A stretch of DNA of 43,761 nt from NCBI RefSeq assembly GCF_004010195.1, contig NC_057720.1, forward strand, positions 6,841,366 to 6,885,126. The letters are read 5' to 3'. The stretch comes from Chiloscyllium plagiosum (taxonomy: Eukaryota). Both the position numbers and the translations under genes were made by a program. How positions within the stretch are numbered: position 1 is the first letter of the stretch; the number at the start of each line of letters is the position of its first letter. This document shows positions 1 to 11,866 of the stretch, piece after piece. The notes beneath the pieces are model-generated. The model was not told the origin of the DNA. It saw nothing but the letters and a program-made list of their open reading frames with translations, and did no database searches.

Positions 1-394
1 CCCAAACAGCTCGACTTTTACTTGATCTTGGATTGCAACCACTTCAGAAGCCTCCTCCACCTGACTGTGTACCCATCCTGCCAATCGTGCTGGCATCTGG
101 GCAGGGAACATTGCAACCAAAAGCACACAGACCATTGAGTTAAAACTCAGAACCATAATTCCTCCCAGCAGCTCAGCAAAGTCCTGCCAGTAAATATCAG
201 GCTTGTTCACTATGTTTCTCTCTCTCCATCAATACTGTCTGACCTGCTGAATGTGTCCAGCATCTCCTATTAGAAAGATTAAATCTTCATTGCCATTAAT
301 CTGCAAGTATGTCAAGTTGCTGACATTAAGATACCTTGTTCTGACTCAGGATTAATCCACTCAGAAGGTAATTGGGAAAACAACCAGAGGCAAC

Positions 395-630
395 CTGAGA
401 AAAATATGTTTTACACAGTCGGCTTTTATGACCTGCAAATGCATTGCTTGAAAGGTTGGTGGAATCCGTTTCATTAACAATTTTCAGAAGAGAATTGGAC
501 ATATACTTAAAAGGAGAGAAAAATGCTTGGCTATGGGGAAAGAGCACGGCTGTGGAATTAATTAGCTCCATGAACGAGCTGTCAGATGAATAACGGACTG
601 AATGGCCACCACTGTGTAGTATTGTTCCAT
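395..630 (+). mobile_element. CR1/HER1-type LINE 3' end, degenerate
   Basis: Decayed RT C-terminal region (ttacacag..aatgcattgc..ttcagaagagaattggacatatac) followed by a ggactgaatggcc..ctgtg tail. Confidence 0.7.
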
Positions 631-1169
631 GGTTAAGGCAACAGGCATTTCCAAATTTTAATTCTGTTATTCCGGCACTTCAATAAGCTTATATGATTTC
701 AGTCTCACTAATTAGAACAGTAGGGAGGTTCTGATGACTGGAAACATAGCATTGTATAATGATGTGGGATCGTGCAAATTACCTGTGAACAGTCTGAAAT
801 GCTCAGCTAAAGCATCATGATCTCCATCATATTTGAATATTACTTGGAGTACAGACCAAAGTTTGACCCCACTATCCTGGTCCAGTGCTATGCCAGTCTG
901 TCAGCACTTTAATTTTTAACAGCAATTTCCAAAATACTAAATGAGTTTTTCCCCATTATTATACTCTAAGATTGGCTCTTTGAGATTACTAATTAGTGCC
1001 CCATTGGTGGTTGCACCTTTGTCTGCCTAACACCATAATTCTGAAATTTCCTCCCTCCTACACAATGCCTCTCTACCTCTCTTTGCCCCTTTAAGACACC
1101 GCCAAGCTGGCTGAGCAAGCTTTGATTCATCTGTTAAAAGTAAAACACTGTGCATGCCAGAAATCTATA

Positions 1170-1320
1170 TAAAAACAGAAAGTGGTGGAGAAACTCAGCA
1201 AGTGAGGAGAGGAACAGAGTTAACATTTCAAATCCGATACAATTCTTCTTGCGAACTCTTCGTTCCACAGATTCGGCCAGATCTGCTGAGTTTCTCCAGC
1301 ACCTCCTGTGTATATTTGGG
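1170..1320. mobile_element. PLE-derived palindromic mini-element, family C, old
   Basis: acagaaagtggtggagaaactcagca is inverted with tgctgagtttctccagcacctcctgt; contains the cagagttaacatttc ribozyme remnant. Confidence 0.65.
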
Positions 1321-1599
1321 TGACCAAAGCTGTTCTTGTGGCTGAGTATCATACCTTGCTTCATGATGCCCCCGCAAAACAAACTGAGATGTTTTATTGT
1401 GTCAATTTGTGGCTGTTTGTTCAATTCTACACAACGGAAATCCCAGCCCCAAAAGTTTCCATCTTTCAATTTCTCTTGTCTCCTTTAAGGCCATAAGGTA
1501 TAGCAGCAGAACCAGTCCATTCAGCCCATCGAGTCTGCTCTGCTTTTCAATAGAATCGTGGCTGGTCCAATAATCCTCAACTCCACATTCCTGCTTCTC

Positions 1600-1824
1600 T
1601 TAGCGAGTTCTTTGAGAAAGTTTGTAGCTCACGTTGAGCTTCTGGATGGAGGTTTGCTCGCTGAGCTGGAAGGTTCATTTCCAGATGTTTCATCACCATA
1701 CTAGGTAACATCTTCAATGAGCCTCCGGACTTCGCCTGGAGACCCACTGAAGATGTTACCTTGTAGGGTGACGAAACGTCTAGAAATGAACCTTCCAGCT
1801 CAGTGGGCAAACCTACATCCAGAC
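1600..1824. mobile_element. PLE-derived palindromic mini-element, family D
   Basis: Inverted arms 1641-1823, tail 1600-1640, TSD cctgcttctc (1590-1599) / cctgcttttc (1825-1834). Confidence 0.85.
1744..1784 (+). ncRNA. Minimal type I hammerhead ribozyme motif
   Basis: CTGAAGA 1747-1753, extra T, stem II GTTACC/GGTGAC, GAAA 1773-1776, CG, GTC triplet ending at 1780; stem I has one mismatch. Confidence 0.7.
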
Positions 1825-2364
1825 CCTGCTTTTCTCCATAACCCTTGATTCCCTTATTAAATATACTTAATGACCCAGCCTCTTTACACCTCTGCAGTAA
1901 AGAATTCCACAGAATTACAACCCTCAGAGAAACTAATTGCTCCTCATCTCTGACTTAAATGACCCCTCACTCTGAGATTATTCCTTTTTATCCCAGACTC
2001 TGCCACGAGGGGAAGCAACCTCTCTGCATCTATTCAGACAGCCCTTAAGAATCTTGTATGTTGCAATATGGCCACCTCTCATTCTTCTGTATTTCCATGG
2101 GTACAGACTCAATCTCGTTAACCTCTCCCAGTATGACAGTCCATCCATATGCAGCATCAACCCACTGAACATTCTGGACAGCCTCCAATGCCAGTATATC
2201 TTCCCTGAGATAACAGGCCCAGAACCATTCACAGTATTGCAGCTGTGATTGACTAGTGTTTTGTCTCGTTTAGCACAGCCTCCCTATCTTTATCTTCGAT
2301 TCCCTTTGAAAAAGAGATCAACATTCCATTCGCCTTTCCCATTACCCAGTGATCTTGGATGCTA

Positions 2365-2710
2365 GGGTGGCATGATGGCTCAGTGGTTAGCACAGCTGCC
2401 CCAGTAACCAGGATTCAATTCCAGCCTCGAGCGACTGTGTGGAGTCTGCACATTCTCCCTGTGTCTACGTGGGTTTCCTCCCAGTGCTCTGGCTTCCTCC
2501 CTTAGTCCAAAGATGTGCAGGTTCAGTGGATTGGCCATGCTAAGTTGCCCATAGTATTCAGGGATGTGCAGACTGGGTGGATTATGTATGGTAAATGTGG
2601 AGATGAGGAGGTGGAGGACTGGATCAGAGTGCAATGCTCTTTGGAGGGTCAGTGCAGAACGGCTGGGCCGAACGGTCTCTCTCTGCACTGTGGGAATTCT
2701 AGGATTCTAA
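2365..2710 (+). mobile_element. HE1-type V-SINE
   Basis: tRNA-derived head (tggctcagtggttag..gattcaattcc), V-domain (gtgggtttcctcc..tccaaagatgtgcaggtt), CR1-like tail. Confidence 0.9.
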
Positions 2711-3734
2711 CTTCTTGTGATTCATGTGTAAGGTTTCCCAAATCCCTCTGCTTCCTGGCTTTCTGCAGTCTTTACACATTTAAATAGTGTTCATGTCCTC
2801 TATTCTTCTTTCTCACATTTCCCTACAATGTGCCAATGTTTTTCCCAGTTGCTTAATCTGCCGCTATCCCTGTGCAAACTCTTTGCATCATCTTCACCAC
2901 TTGCTTTTCCATGGAAATGTATATACATTGGAATTGAGCGGAAGTAAATGAAATCACAATTATAATTAATGGTACATAACTCCTACCATCCCTCCACATG
3001 CTTCAAAAAGTCAACATCCTACTTATCGAATCCCATTTCCATGCTGATGAATGTTATTGTCTATGTCTGCTCCTGAAGCATCATAAACTCAAGTACTATT
3101 ATTGATTCTATTTATTAGAGATCAATGCTGATTTAAACATGGCAGGAACTGAGTAATGCCCAAGGAACTAGGCCCCTAAAAAATAATTATTCCCATTAAT
3201 CAAATCCCAAATTACCAATACTGACTCTATCATACAAAATACATATCATTAGTCTGGCACACATCTGACTATCTAGTATCTACCTCATTCTTCACAGACA
3301 GTAATTCCTTTGCTGACCGCAGTTGAGAAAGAAAGACTCAGGTTCGTATCATTCCTTATCATCTGTCTCAGAAATATCTTGCAGAATTAATTATTTTTTA
3401 AGTTTATTTGCTGTTGACAGATTGCAGCAAAGACAGAGACTTCTTTGTCCAGCCACCATCGGAATGATTTTCAACACTGGAATTTAAACAATTCCTGATT
3501 TGACAACTAAGTAGAGTGGAGGAAAGCAGTGAAACGACTTCAAGGATTATTCGGCAAGGATTAACATTTGAATACCTGGCACTTACTGGTGTGATTCTTT
3601 TCTTCTGGGGCATTTTGACAGAGGTGCTTAAACCCAGTTTTATTTTATTGTAAATTGGCATGTATTGTTGAAGAAGTGGTAACCTGTTTAAAATGAAGAG
3701 GATGCCTTGCCACCAATGTCAAAGTGCACTCATA

Positions 3735-3975
3735 CAAATTAGGCACAGGAATAGGTCTCTCAACCTCTCTAGCCTGTCCTACCATTCAATAAGGTCACAG
3801 CTGAACTGATCACACCATATTTCCAATTAACCTAATTAACTTTTCTTCCTCTTTGCTTAACAAAGATTAATCTACCTACCTCTGCATTCAAAATATTCAA
3901 ATAATTTGCTTCCATTGCCATTCGAGGAAGAGTTCTGAAATTAAAAATTCTCCTCATCTCTGTCTTAAATGAGTA
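3735..3975 (-). mobile_element. CR1/HER1 LINE 3' fragment
   Basis: ctcctcatctctgtcttaaatg and accattcaataag tail motifs shared with other copies in the window. Confidence 0.65.
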
Positions 3976-3984
3976 GCCACACTG

Positions 3985-4260
3985 TGGAGGTGCCGGTGTA
4001 GGACTGGGGTGGACAAGGTCAAAAGTCTCATGACACCAGGTTATAGTCCAACAGGTTTATTTGAAATCATGAGCTTTCAGAGTATAACCTTCGTCAGGTG
4101 CAGTGACTTTATCTGCAACTTCTCCTGCCCTGTTCCTGAAGAAGGGTTATACCAGAAACATCAGACCTCTCCACCTCCTGATGCTGCCTGGCTTGCTGTG
4201 TTCTTCCAGCCTCCTGCTTGACCACCTTGGATTCCAGCATCTGTGGTTTTTTTGTCTCTA
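3985..4260. mobile_element. Adjacent PLE 3'-end fragments (family B on minus strand, family A-like on plus strand)
   Basis: ggaggtgccggtg..ggacaag..ccaggttatagtccaacagg, then cctgaagaagggttataccagaaacatc..tgctgcctggcttgctg. Confidence 0.75.
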
Positions 4261-4433
4261 AGCAACTGTAATAGCAAACTAAAAAAGCATCCAGCCAGCT
4301 AGAAACAAATATGTCATGTCTCAGCATTTTTATTTACTCATTTATATGGCACGGGCATTGTTGGCATCCTTAATGCCTCTGGAGAAGATGCTAGTAGGCT
4401 ACTTCGTTGATTTACTGCAGTGAAGGGACACTC

Positions 4434-4764
4434 TGTGTGTATGTGAGAGAGAGTGTGTGTGTGTGTGATTGTCTGTGTGTGAGACATTGTGTGTATGTGA
4501 GAGAGAGAGTGTGTGTGAGAGTGTGCATGTGTTTGAGTAAATGTTTGACAGTATGAAATTGTGTGATTGTGTGTGTGATGTGTGTGTGAGAGAGAGTGTG
4601 AGTATGTGTGCATGAGTGTTTACGTGTGTGCGAGTGTGAGAGAGAGTGTGTTTGTGTGAGTGTTTGAGAGTATGTTTGAGAGTGTATGCATGTGTGAAAG
4701 TGTGTGTGTGAGTCTGTGTGTTTGAGAGTGCAAATGTGTGTGAGAGAGTTTGTGTGTGTGTGTG
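4434..4764. repeat. Degenerate (TG)n/(GA)n microsatellite
   Basis: Directly visible in the sequence. Confidence 0.95.
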
Positions 4765-5413
4765 TTACTGGGAAGGAAGGGGGTGAAATTTTAGCATTTT
4801 GTCACAATAACAGCAAAAGAACTGAATATATTTCCAAGCTATTATGGTGTGTGTCAACTCTATTGGGCTATTGTTGGAAAATGGGATAGTATAGTTAGAT
4901 GGTTGTTTTGATGTGATTGGCCAAAGGGCCTTTTTCTGTGCTGCAGATTTGTGTCTCAATGACTCTATAACTCTTGGAGGGGAGTATCCATGTTTTTCTT
5001 GGTGTTGCCTTTGACCTTCTGGGTGGGATTGCAAATCTGGAAGGAGGCACAGTAGCAACAACTCAAATATTTTCAGAGCATTAATCTCCAGTTTTGCTTC
5101 ACACTTCCTTCTGAGTTGCAGGGAACCAATATTTCAGCCTATTAAAAATGTAAAATGAAGCTCTTTGATAATCAATACAGCCCTTGGCCAAAATGAGTTA
5201 ACAATCTGTGCCAACCAACAGCCTTATGAGTGTAAACTAATTGAAGATTCCCCAGACTTGTTGCTCAACCGTTTTGCTTTCTTATTAAGACATCTTTTGC
5301 CCCGGCAAATCAACGCCACAACAATTTAACATTGATCGCTCCCTTTTCCCTCTTTCACATGTTTAACTTCAAGTATCTGTGCATATTTAAGGTTGAGAAT
5401 CTTGTTCAGTTTA

Positions 5414-5464
5414 GGAACTAAGGATTACAGGGAACTAAGGATTACGGGGACCTAAGGGTTCTGG
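5414..5464 (+). repeat. 3 x 17-bp tandem duplication inside a CR1 3' end
   Basis: ggaactaaggattacag / ggaactaaggattacgg / ggacctaagggttctgg. Confidence 0.85.
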
Positions 5465-5673
5465 GGAAAGGACAGGAAAGTGGCCATGAGGAGTGTTGGA
5501 TCAGCCATGATCCCGTTGAATGGCACAGCAGGCTTGAGTAACCCAAATGGCCTCCTCCTGTTCCTACGTGTGATCAAAGAAAATGTGGTTAGCTGTACTT
5601 CCCTCAGATTCGGAATAATATTGACCCACAAATTGATGAACACTAAACCTTCCTGACTGCCTTCTGAATTTAG

Positions 5674-5940
5674 GAGAAAGTGAGGACTGCAGATGCTGGA
5701 GAATCAGAGTCAAAAAGTGTGGTGCTGACCATGCAGATTCAGCTAAATTCAGGAGGCACAAAGTGTGGCGCTGGAAAAGCACAGCCAGTCAGGCAGCATC
5801 CGAGGAGCAGGAGAATATCAATGTTTCGAGCATAAGATCTTCATTGGGATTGTCTGATGAAGAACTTATGCTTGAAACATCGACTCTCCTGCTCCTCAGA
5901 TGCTGCCTGACTGGCTGTGCTTTTCCAGCGCCACACTTTG
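5674..5940. mobile_element. PLE-derived palindromic element, family A, with inverted captured flank
   Basis: TSD tgccttctgaatttag (5658-5673) / taccttctgaatttag (5941-5956); ctgatgaag..gaaacatcg motif at the centre. Confidence 0.88.
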
Positions 5941-6069
5941 TACCTTCTGAATTTAGCTGAATCTGCATGGTCAGGTTCAATGTTTATAGTCGGAGATGCT
6001 TCACCCATCAGCTCTGTGCAGCTCCCAGTGGCCATGTCCTCTTGCAAGCCAAGCTGCTCAGTGCAATCA

Positions 6070-6570
6070 CCAGCCTACAACATGTCAGTCCCAATCCAGA
6101 CTCGTCAAAGCTATGATGGTGTGTGTCAACTCTATTGGGCTATCGTTGGAAAATGGGATAGAATAGTCCGATGGTTGTTTTGATGTGATGGGCCAAAGCT
6201 GCTGCTCTACTCAGAACATGGTCATGGCAGGACCTCTCCAGGACAACACTACTCCCTGAAGAGATCAAAGATCTCCCCATTGATTCATCGGAGACCCTGA
6301 CAAGTGACTGTCCAAATGGAGAATGTTCATTCAGTAACACGCAGTGAACACATCCAGAAACTCCACCAAGGTCATGTAGAGGTAGTGTCGAGGAATCGAG
6401 GATGGAGTGCGCAAACAACCAAACAACACCCTCCCGCCAATACCTGCATGCCCCCAAGCCCGATCCTTCTAACACCACAAGCCCCATCTGCGGCAGACTG
6501 TTTGGACTTACGCAGAGCCCCCTCAAATCAGAGAGGAAACATCTCTTCCTCAAACCTGAGGGACTACATC
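6070..6570 (+). mobile_element. RTE-clade LINE 3' fragment
   Basis: Remnant peptides LLYSEHGHGR and PSNTTSPICGR match the RTE C-terminus (KQLLYSEL..G.R, CP.CGR); ends cctgagggact. Confidence 0.7.
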
Positions 6571-6584
6571 AAACGAGGGCAGAG

Positions 6585-6893
6585 GGAAGTGGTGACATAG
6601 TGGAAATGTCCTTGGTCTAATTATTGGGAGCATGAGTTCGAAATCTACCATGGTTAGACAGTGATATTTGAATTCAATAAAAATCTTGAATAAAGAGCTG
6701 GCCTTGCGACCATTATTGTAAAAATCCATCTGGTTCACTAATGTCCTTTTGGGGGGGAAACCTACCATCTTAACCCGGTCCGGCCTACATGTGACTCTAG
6801 CCCCACAGCAATTTGGTTGACTCTTAACTGCCCTGTGGGCAATAAATGTCGGCCTAGCCAGCAATGCATATATCATGTGGATGAATAAATAAA
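6585..6893 (+). mobile_element. tRNA-derived SINE, family 2
   Basis: gagttcgaaatc B-box, ggttcactaatgtcc core, ggcaataaatg..ggcctagccagc..gaataaa tail. Confidence 0.85.
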
Positions 6894-7149
6894 AAGATGA
6901 GGAGGAATTTCTTCTCCTCAGAGGATCATTAGTGTTTGGAGTTGTCTTCCCTAGAGAGTACAATATATTCAGGGCCCAGTTAGACAATTTACTTCAGTTG
7001 ACAAGGTATAGGGAGAAATGTGGAGCTAAGGACACAATCCAATCAGCAAAGATCTTAGTAAATAGAAGAGACAATGACCACTACTCAGGAAGAGAGTAAC
7101 TGTGGTATAATGAGATTCACATAAATCTTGTCGATGTATCAAACATAGG

Positions 7150-7600
7150 AATGAGGAGTAAACTTGACCCATCAAGTTTGCCACATCATTCGATATGACC
7201 ATGGCTGATCCTATATCTCAAGCTGCTTTCCTCCCATATTTCTTGAAGCATTTAAGACTGAGAAAAATGTCCAACACTCTCAGTGGCTTGGTCTCTGTCA
7301 GTTTGTATGATAGAGATTTCCACAGATTCACCCCACTTTGAGTGAAGAAATGATACCTCATCTCAGTCCCAAATAGTGTACCCTAAATCCTGAGTCTGTG
7401 TCCCTTGGTTCTACATTCCCCAACCAGAAGGGCAACATCCCCCCTGCATTTAGACTGTCCAGCCTTGGTGATGGTTTCAGTGAGATCCCCGATTTATTCT
7501 TCCATACTCTAGTGAATACAGGCCAAACTGAACCAATCTCTCCTTAAGGGAAGTCCTGCCATCCTCCTTACTGGCCGAGTGAACCTCTGCTGAAGTCTAC
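7150..7600 (-). mobile_element. CR1/HER1 LINE 3' fragment
   Basis: ttccaca/gtgaagaaa..cctcatctcagtcc motifs. Confidence 0.7.
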
Positions 7601-7734
7601 TTGTAACCGGTCACATGACTCTGACCTCCAAAACGACACGGCACCAGCCTGGAGGTAGGATGTGAAGAGACAGGTCTCAGATACTTCACTAGTGAGTTGT
7701 ATTTGATAACCTGGAGAGTCCATATGTAAATACG

Positions 7735-7858
7735 ATTTGGAGGAGCCAGTTTTGGACTGGGATGTACAAAGTTAAAAATCACACAACACCAGGTTATAGT
7801 CCAACAGGTTTAATTGGAAGCATGAGCTTTCAGAGCGCCACTCCTTCATCGGGTGGTT
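7735..7858 (-). mobile_element. PLE 3'-end monomer, family B
   Basis: aagttaaaaatcacacaacaccaggttatagtccaacagg..ctccttcatc; flanked by atatgtaaatac / atatgtagatac. Confidence 0.85.
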
Positions 7859-9630
7859 AAATATGTAGATACAGAAGCGCTTTTGTTTAGAGATAAGGAG
7901 CAAATAGCCTTATATGTAGATACACAAAGCCCAGAGAAACTCCAGATCAGATACTCCACATACTCTCAATGAGCAGGTAGCTTTATAAGTAAAAGATTAA
8001 GAACGACCATTTGACAGAAAAAAATCTCTTCTTTCATAACTGGGAGACCACCGATATTCAAACTGTCTTTCCTCAGAAGCCTCTAATTTAAGACTGAGAT
8101 GAGGAGAACATATTTTTTAATCTCAGCAACTCCTAACTTGCTTGTTTTTGTTGACTCTGACTCTACTTATAAAATCACAGCTGCTTGTTTTAATGACCTT
8201 ACCTATTTATCTGCCATCTTCAAGTATTGCGTACGTCTGTGTGCCTCTCTCTCAGTTCCTGCGGCATCTTTCACACAATATTAACACCGTAGCATTTATT
8301 GACACTATTCATTTCTCCTTCCGAAACGGATTACTTTCCATGTCCTGCATCCCACAAAACCCTCTCTCCCTTCCACAAGAGCATCTTCCAAACTTACATC
8401 TCCTCCCCATTGCATTATGAGCCTGGGCACAATAGAGTCCCCATTAATTGGAATTTCGCAAACTCTGCAATGCAATGTGGACTTATGATTGAGAGGCAAG
8501 GTGTTGCAGTACCTGGGAGCTGTCATGACTTAGGTTCCAAGAACAGATAAGAGCCACAACAACATCATTTTCTACAGTTAAGACTGGATGAATTTCCCAG
8601 TCTAAACCCATCATAAGTCTTTCTCTGACATTAGCAATCCTAAGTAATGATGTGTCGTACTCTCGTTATTGCAGTATCTGAGCGAGACAAGCATTCCTTG
8701 TGTGTGGATGAGCTCTGTGTTGCCATGAGCTTTCAATAACATAAATTAAATGTGAATGAATAAAGCTGCAGACATAAAAGTTCAATGACCTGGTGGTAAT
8801 AGAGGTGTTGTGACGTTAAAAAATAAAGGGAGCTCTAGAGTAGCATTAGGACCAGGTAAGTGAGTTTTACCCTGAAATTGTCAAAGCTTTACCTTGTATC
8901 ATGTAACAAGCTGAAATTAAGAAGCCATTAGGGAGATGAGATTAAACTGAACACGTCTGATATGGTTGAGATGGGTGCAGAATTTAAGGAGAGCTTTGCA
9001 TGGTTGTGATTTGATTGTGCTCAGTACTCAGTCTTTACCTTGCTCATGGTAAAATACACTAGTGAGGACCGAATGAGCACTTGCAGCGCTAATAAGTCGA
9101 AATGAATGTGCAATGAATGCAAATAGATGCATGCAACAAAATAATGAATTCAGTCGTGCCCTTGTGGAATCTCATCCCTCCCCTGCTCCCGCAGTGATTT
9201 GATTTAAAATGTTGTGTAAAGGATCTTTTGTTCCACGGACTCAAAACTCAAACTGACGGGTCCAAAGCACAGAAACGAAATGAATGGATATTGGAAATAA
9301 ACTTTCCCTGACATGCCATTAACTTGTTAAAAAAAGAGACAAGAATACTCCTGTCTGTCTATTCAAACCACAATCCCAAAGGATGAGACTGGGGCCAGTG
9401 ATGAAGAAAGCAAATAATAAAAACTTCTTTTTAAACTAAAAGGGGGATGAGAGTCACGTACTCCTTTCCACAAAGTGTTGTTCACAGTGTTCCACTTTCC
9501 AATTGCAAATCTGAGATCAGTAGATTTTTTTCTGATTTCTCTCCACAGATGCTGCCAGACCCGCTGGGTTTTTCCAGCAATTTCTGTTGTTGTTTCTGTA
9601 GATTGTTTTGGTTAGGTTGAGAGGATTAAG

Positions 9631-9809
9631 TTAAAAATCACACAACATCAAGTTATAATCCAACGGGTTTATTTGGAAGTACCAGCTTTCAGAGCGCTGT
9701 TCCTTCATTAGGTAGCTGTTCTCCGAAAAATAAACCTGTTGGACTATAACCTGGTGTTGTGTGATTTTTAACTTTGTCCACTCCAATCCAACACCGGCAC
9801 CTCCACAAC
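9631..9809. mobile_element. PLE-derived palindromic element, family B, inside a CR1 3' end
   Basis: Inverted ttaaaaatcacacaac / gttgtgtgatttttaa arms, right-hand tail, TSD ending ggattaag (9619-9630, 9810-9821). Confidence 0.85.
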
Positions 9810-10103
9810 GATGGGATTAAGAGTTAGGGAAGCAAGGCAGGTAACTGGAATTTAAATGCATATCAACCATAGTCTAATTGGATGGAGGAACAGGTTTGAG
9901 GAGGTGAATGGCTTACCTCTGATCTTGTAGCATATGTTAAATGCAAATTAAAGCCTCACCTTTCTATTCAAATCTCACCACAATACATCCAAGTTATCTC
10001 GATAACCTCCTCCAACCATTACAACGCACTGTGATCCCTGCAGCTCTGCTCTTAGGTGTCTTGACTCACAATTGGCGGGCAGGCCTCGAGCAGACCGTGG
10101 GTC

Positions 10104-10545
10104 TGAAATAATCCCACAGGGGCCAGAATCCTGGCACCAAGATTCACCCTCGATTGACATATGCTCAATACATGGGCTCTGACCAGCTAGCTCACAGAGG
10201 TAAAAACAATGACTGCAGATGCTGGAAACCAGATTCTGGATCAGTGGTGCTGGAAGAGCACAGCAATTCAGGCAGCATCCGAGGACAGGCAAAATCGACG
10301 TTTCGGGCAAAAGCCTTTGCCCGAAAAGTCGATTTTGCCTGTCCTCGGATGCTGCCTGAATTGCTGTGCTCTTCCAGCACCACTGATCCAGCTAGCTCAC
10401 AGCCAATCCCGAGAGGGAAGAGCATCCCTGAGACTCCTGTTTCTATTTGTCAACCAAGGCTCCCTGATTGGACTGAGCCAATGAGCCCAATCAGGGAACT
10501 CATACTCAGTGAGATCCATCTGTTCAACCTCATTCCAATCACTAA
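10104..10545 (-). mobile_element. Solo LTR of the short family, interrupted by a PLE insertion
   Basis: Reverse complement of 25204-25422 (..ttatttca end, tagtgattgg start); flanks gggtc / gggcc. Confidence 0.72.
10198..10387. mobile_element. Young PLE-derived palindromic element, family A
   Basis: Perfect 15-bp TSD ccagctagctcacag (10183-10197, 10388-10402); near-perfect palindrome 10236-10391; 38-nt tail. Confidence 0.92.
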
Positions 10546-10907
10546 GGGCCTGGACTCTGGACTGGCCTCACATGTGATGAATCTACCTCTGACCAAGGCA
10601 CCTGTCCTAATATTTCCTCATGTAGCTTGGCACCAAACATTGATAACACTCTTATGGCACCCTGTAGGATCTATTAACATGCTTAAGGCATGATATAAAT
10701 GCAAGTTCTTGTTGATGCAGATGCTAAAGTGAAGAAGAGAGCATACTTCTGTCCCAGGATCAATGAGCCAAACCACTTAACAGTGAACTCTCAAAAACTT
10801 GTCCACAGTTAATCCACCCATCTGAACCTCTCAAACAGGGTAGACTGATTCTCAATCATCTGCACTACACAGCCTCTAGCTGTCAGCCCAACATCTAACA
10901 GACTTGT

Positions 10908-11010
10908 GTGGAGCAGTGGTAGTGCCCCTACTTTTGAGCCAGAGGCCTGGGTTCAAGTCCCACCTGCTGCAGAGGTACATCACAACACAAGTGAACAGAT
11001 TGATTTAGAA
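10908..11010 (+). mobile_element. tRNA-derived SINE head
   Basis: A-box tggagcagtgg and B-box ggttcaagtcc. Confidence 0.6.
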
Positions 11011-11689
11011 ATATCCATAACACTGCTGAAGGGAATGTCCGTTTCAGTTTCTCACACACGGACATTTAGTGAGGTTAGTTGATATATTTTTAAACTCAGC
11101 CATGGTCATTCTGCGGCTGACTGCTTACTGGCAAACTTTTACATGTGCAGCATTGGAGCAGTAAGAAAGACTTCACTGAGGACATTTGAATGCACTTGTA
11201 GGATGTCACCAACAGCACAATGAAATGAATAGCCTGAAAACAAAAAAATACTGGAGATCACAGCCATCAGGCAGATGTGTTCACAAAATTACTGAATAAT
11301 CACAGTGCAGAATAAGGCAATTCGGCCCATCATGCCTGCACTGGCCTATCATCTAGCCCGGCTTGATATCCTCATGCCAGTCAACTGTCATCTCCCCGTA
11401 TCCCATCTCGATCCAAAACAAAATCCAATGCGTTCTTGAATGCCTCGATTGAACCCACCTCCATCACATTTCCAGGCTGCTCTTAGAATCACTGAAAAGT
11501 ACAGCATGGAAGAGAGTTATTCAACTAATGGAGGCAGCACTGGAGCTTTCAAATTGCTGGTTATTCTCACTCTGTTCCATCTCCTTGCAATTGTTTTTTG
11601 TTTGTTTGTTTGTTTATCTCCATATATTTGTCAAATTCCCTTTCTACCTCCCTCTCAGAGAATGCATCCCAATCATTATTGTGCCAGGG

Positions 11690-11830
11690 GCTCCTTCACA
11701 TAGACAGAATTCAGGTTTCACATCTCATTTGAAAGACAACACCACTCCTGACTATGCAGTGACAGTGTCGATTATATACTCCAACTCTGCAACGGATCAT
11801 CTCCCATGAGTGTACCAACACTGAGCCGTA
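11690..11830 (-). mobile_element. Old Deu-domain SINE remnant (SacSINE1-like)
   Basis: ggtttcacatctcatttgaaagacaacacc..taccaacactgagcc resembles the reverse Deu domain and head; related remnant near 23295-23400. Confidence 0.5.
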
Positions 11831-11866
11831 GCCACATGCTAAAGGAGTTATATATCTTCAAGATTT

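Larger units (their letters stand above)
1490..2890 (-). mobile_element. CR1/HER1 LINE RT and 3' fragment, interrupted by a PLE element (1600-1824) and an HE1 SINE (2365-2710)
   Basis: Minus-strand ORF 1978-2232 has CR1 RT-like WERLTRLSL and TYKILKG; the 3' tail (ccattcagcccatcgagtctg) lies near 1520. Confidence 0.8.

Noticed and set aside
3404..3661. Short ORFs in unique DNA here and at 17417-17620 and 24229-24471
   Set aside because: No recognisable domain or convincing splice pair; lengths are expected by chance
8675..8861. Consensus donor CAG|GTAAGT with an upstream tgcag acceptor
   Set aside because: Stops in all three frames; a non-coding exon cannot be supported without transcript data
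9117..9124. Octamer ATGCAAAT suggesting an immunoglobulin or snRNA promoter
   Set aside because: No leader exon, V segment, RSS or snRNA nearby; single 8-mers occur by chance
9975..10693. Overlapping ORFs of 77-179 aa on both strands with near-identical peptides
   Set aside because: Artefact of the PLE palindrome; the same peptides (LLLLRCCLTCCAFPAP, WLALLPHS) recur at every PLE or SINE copy
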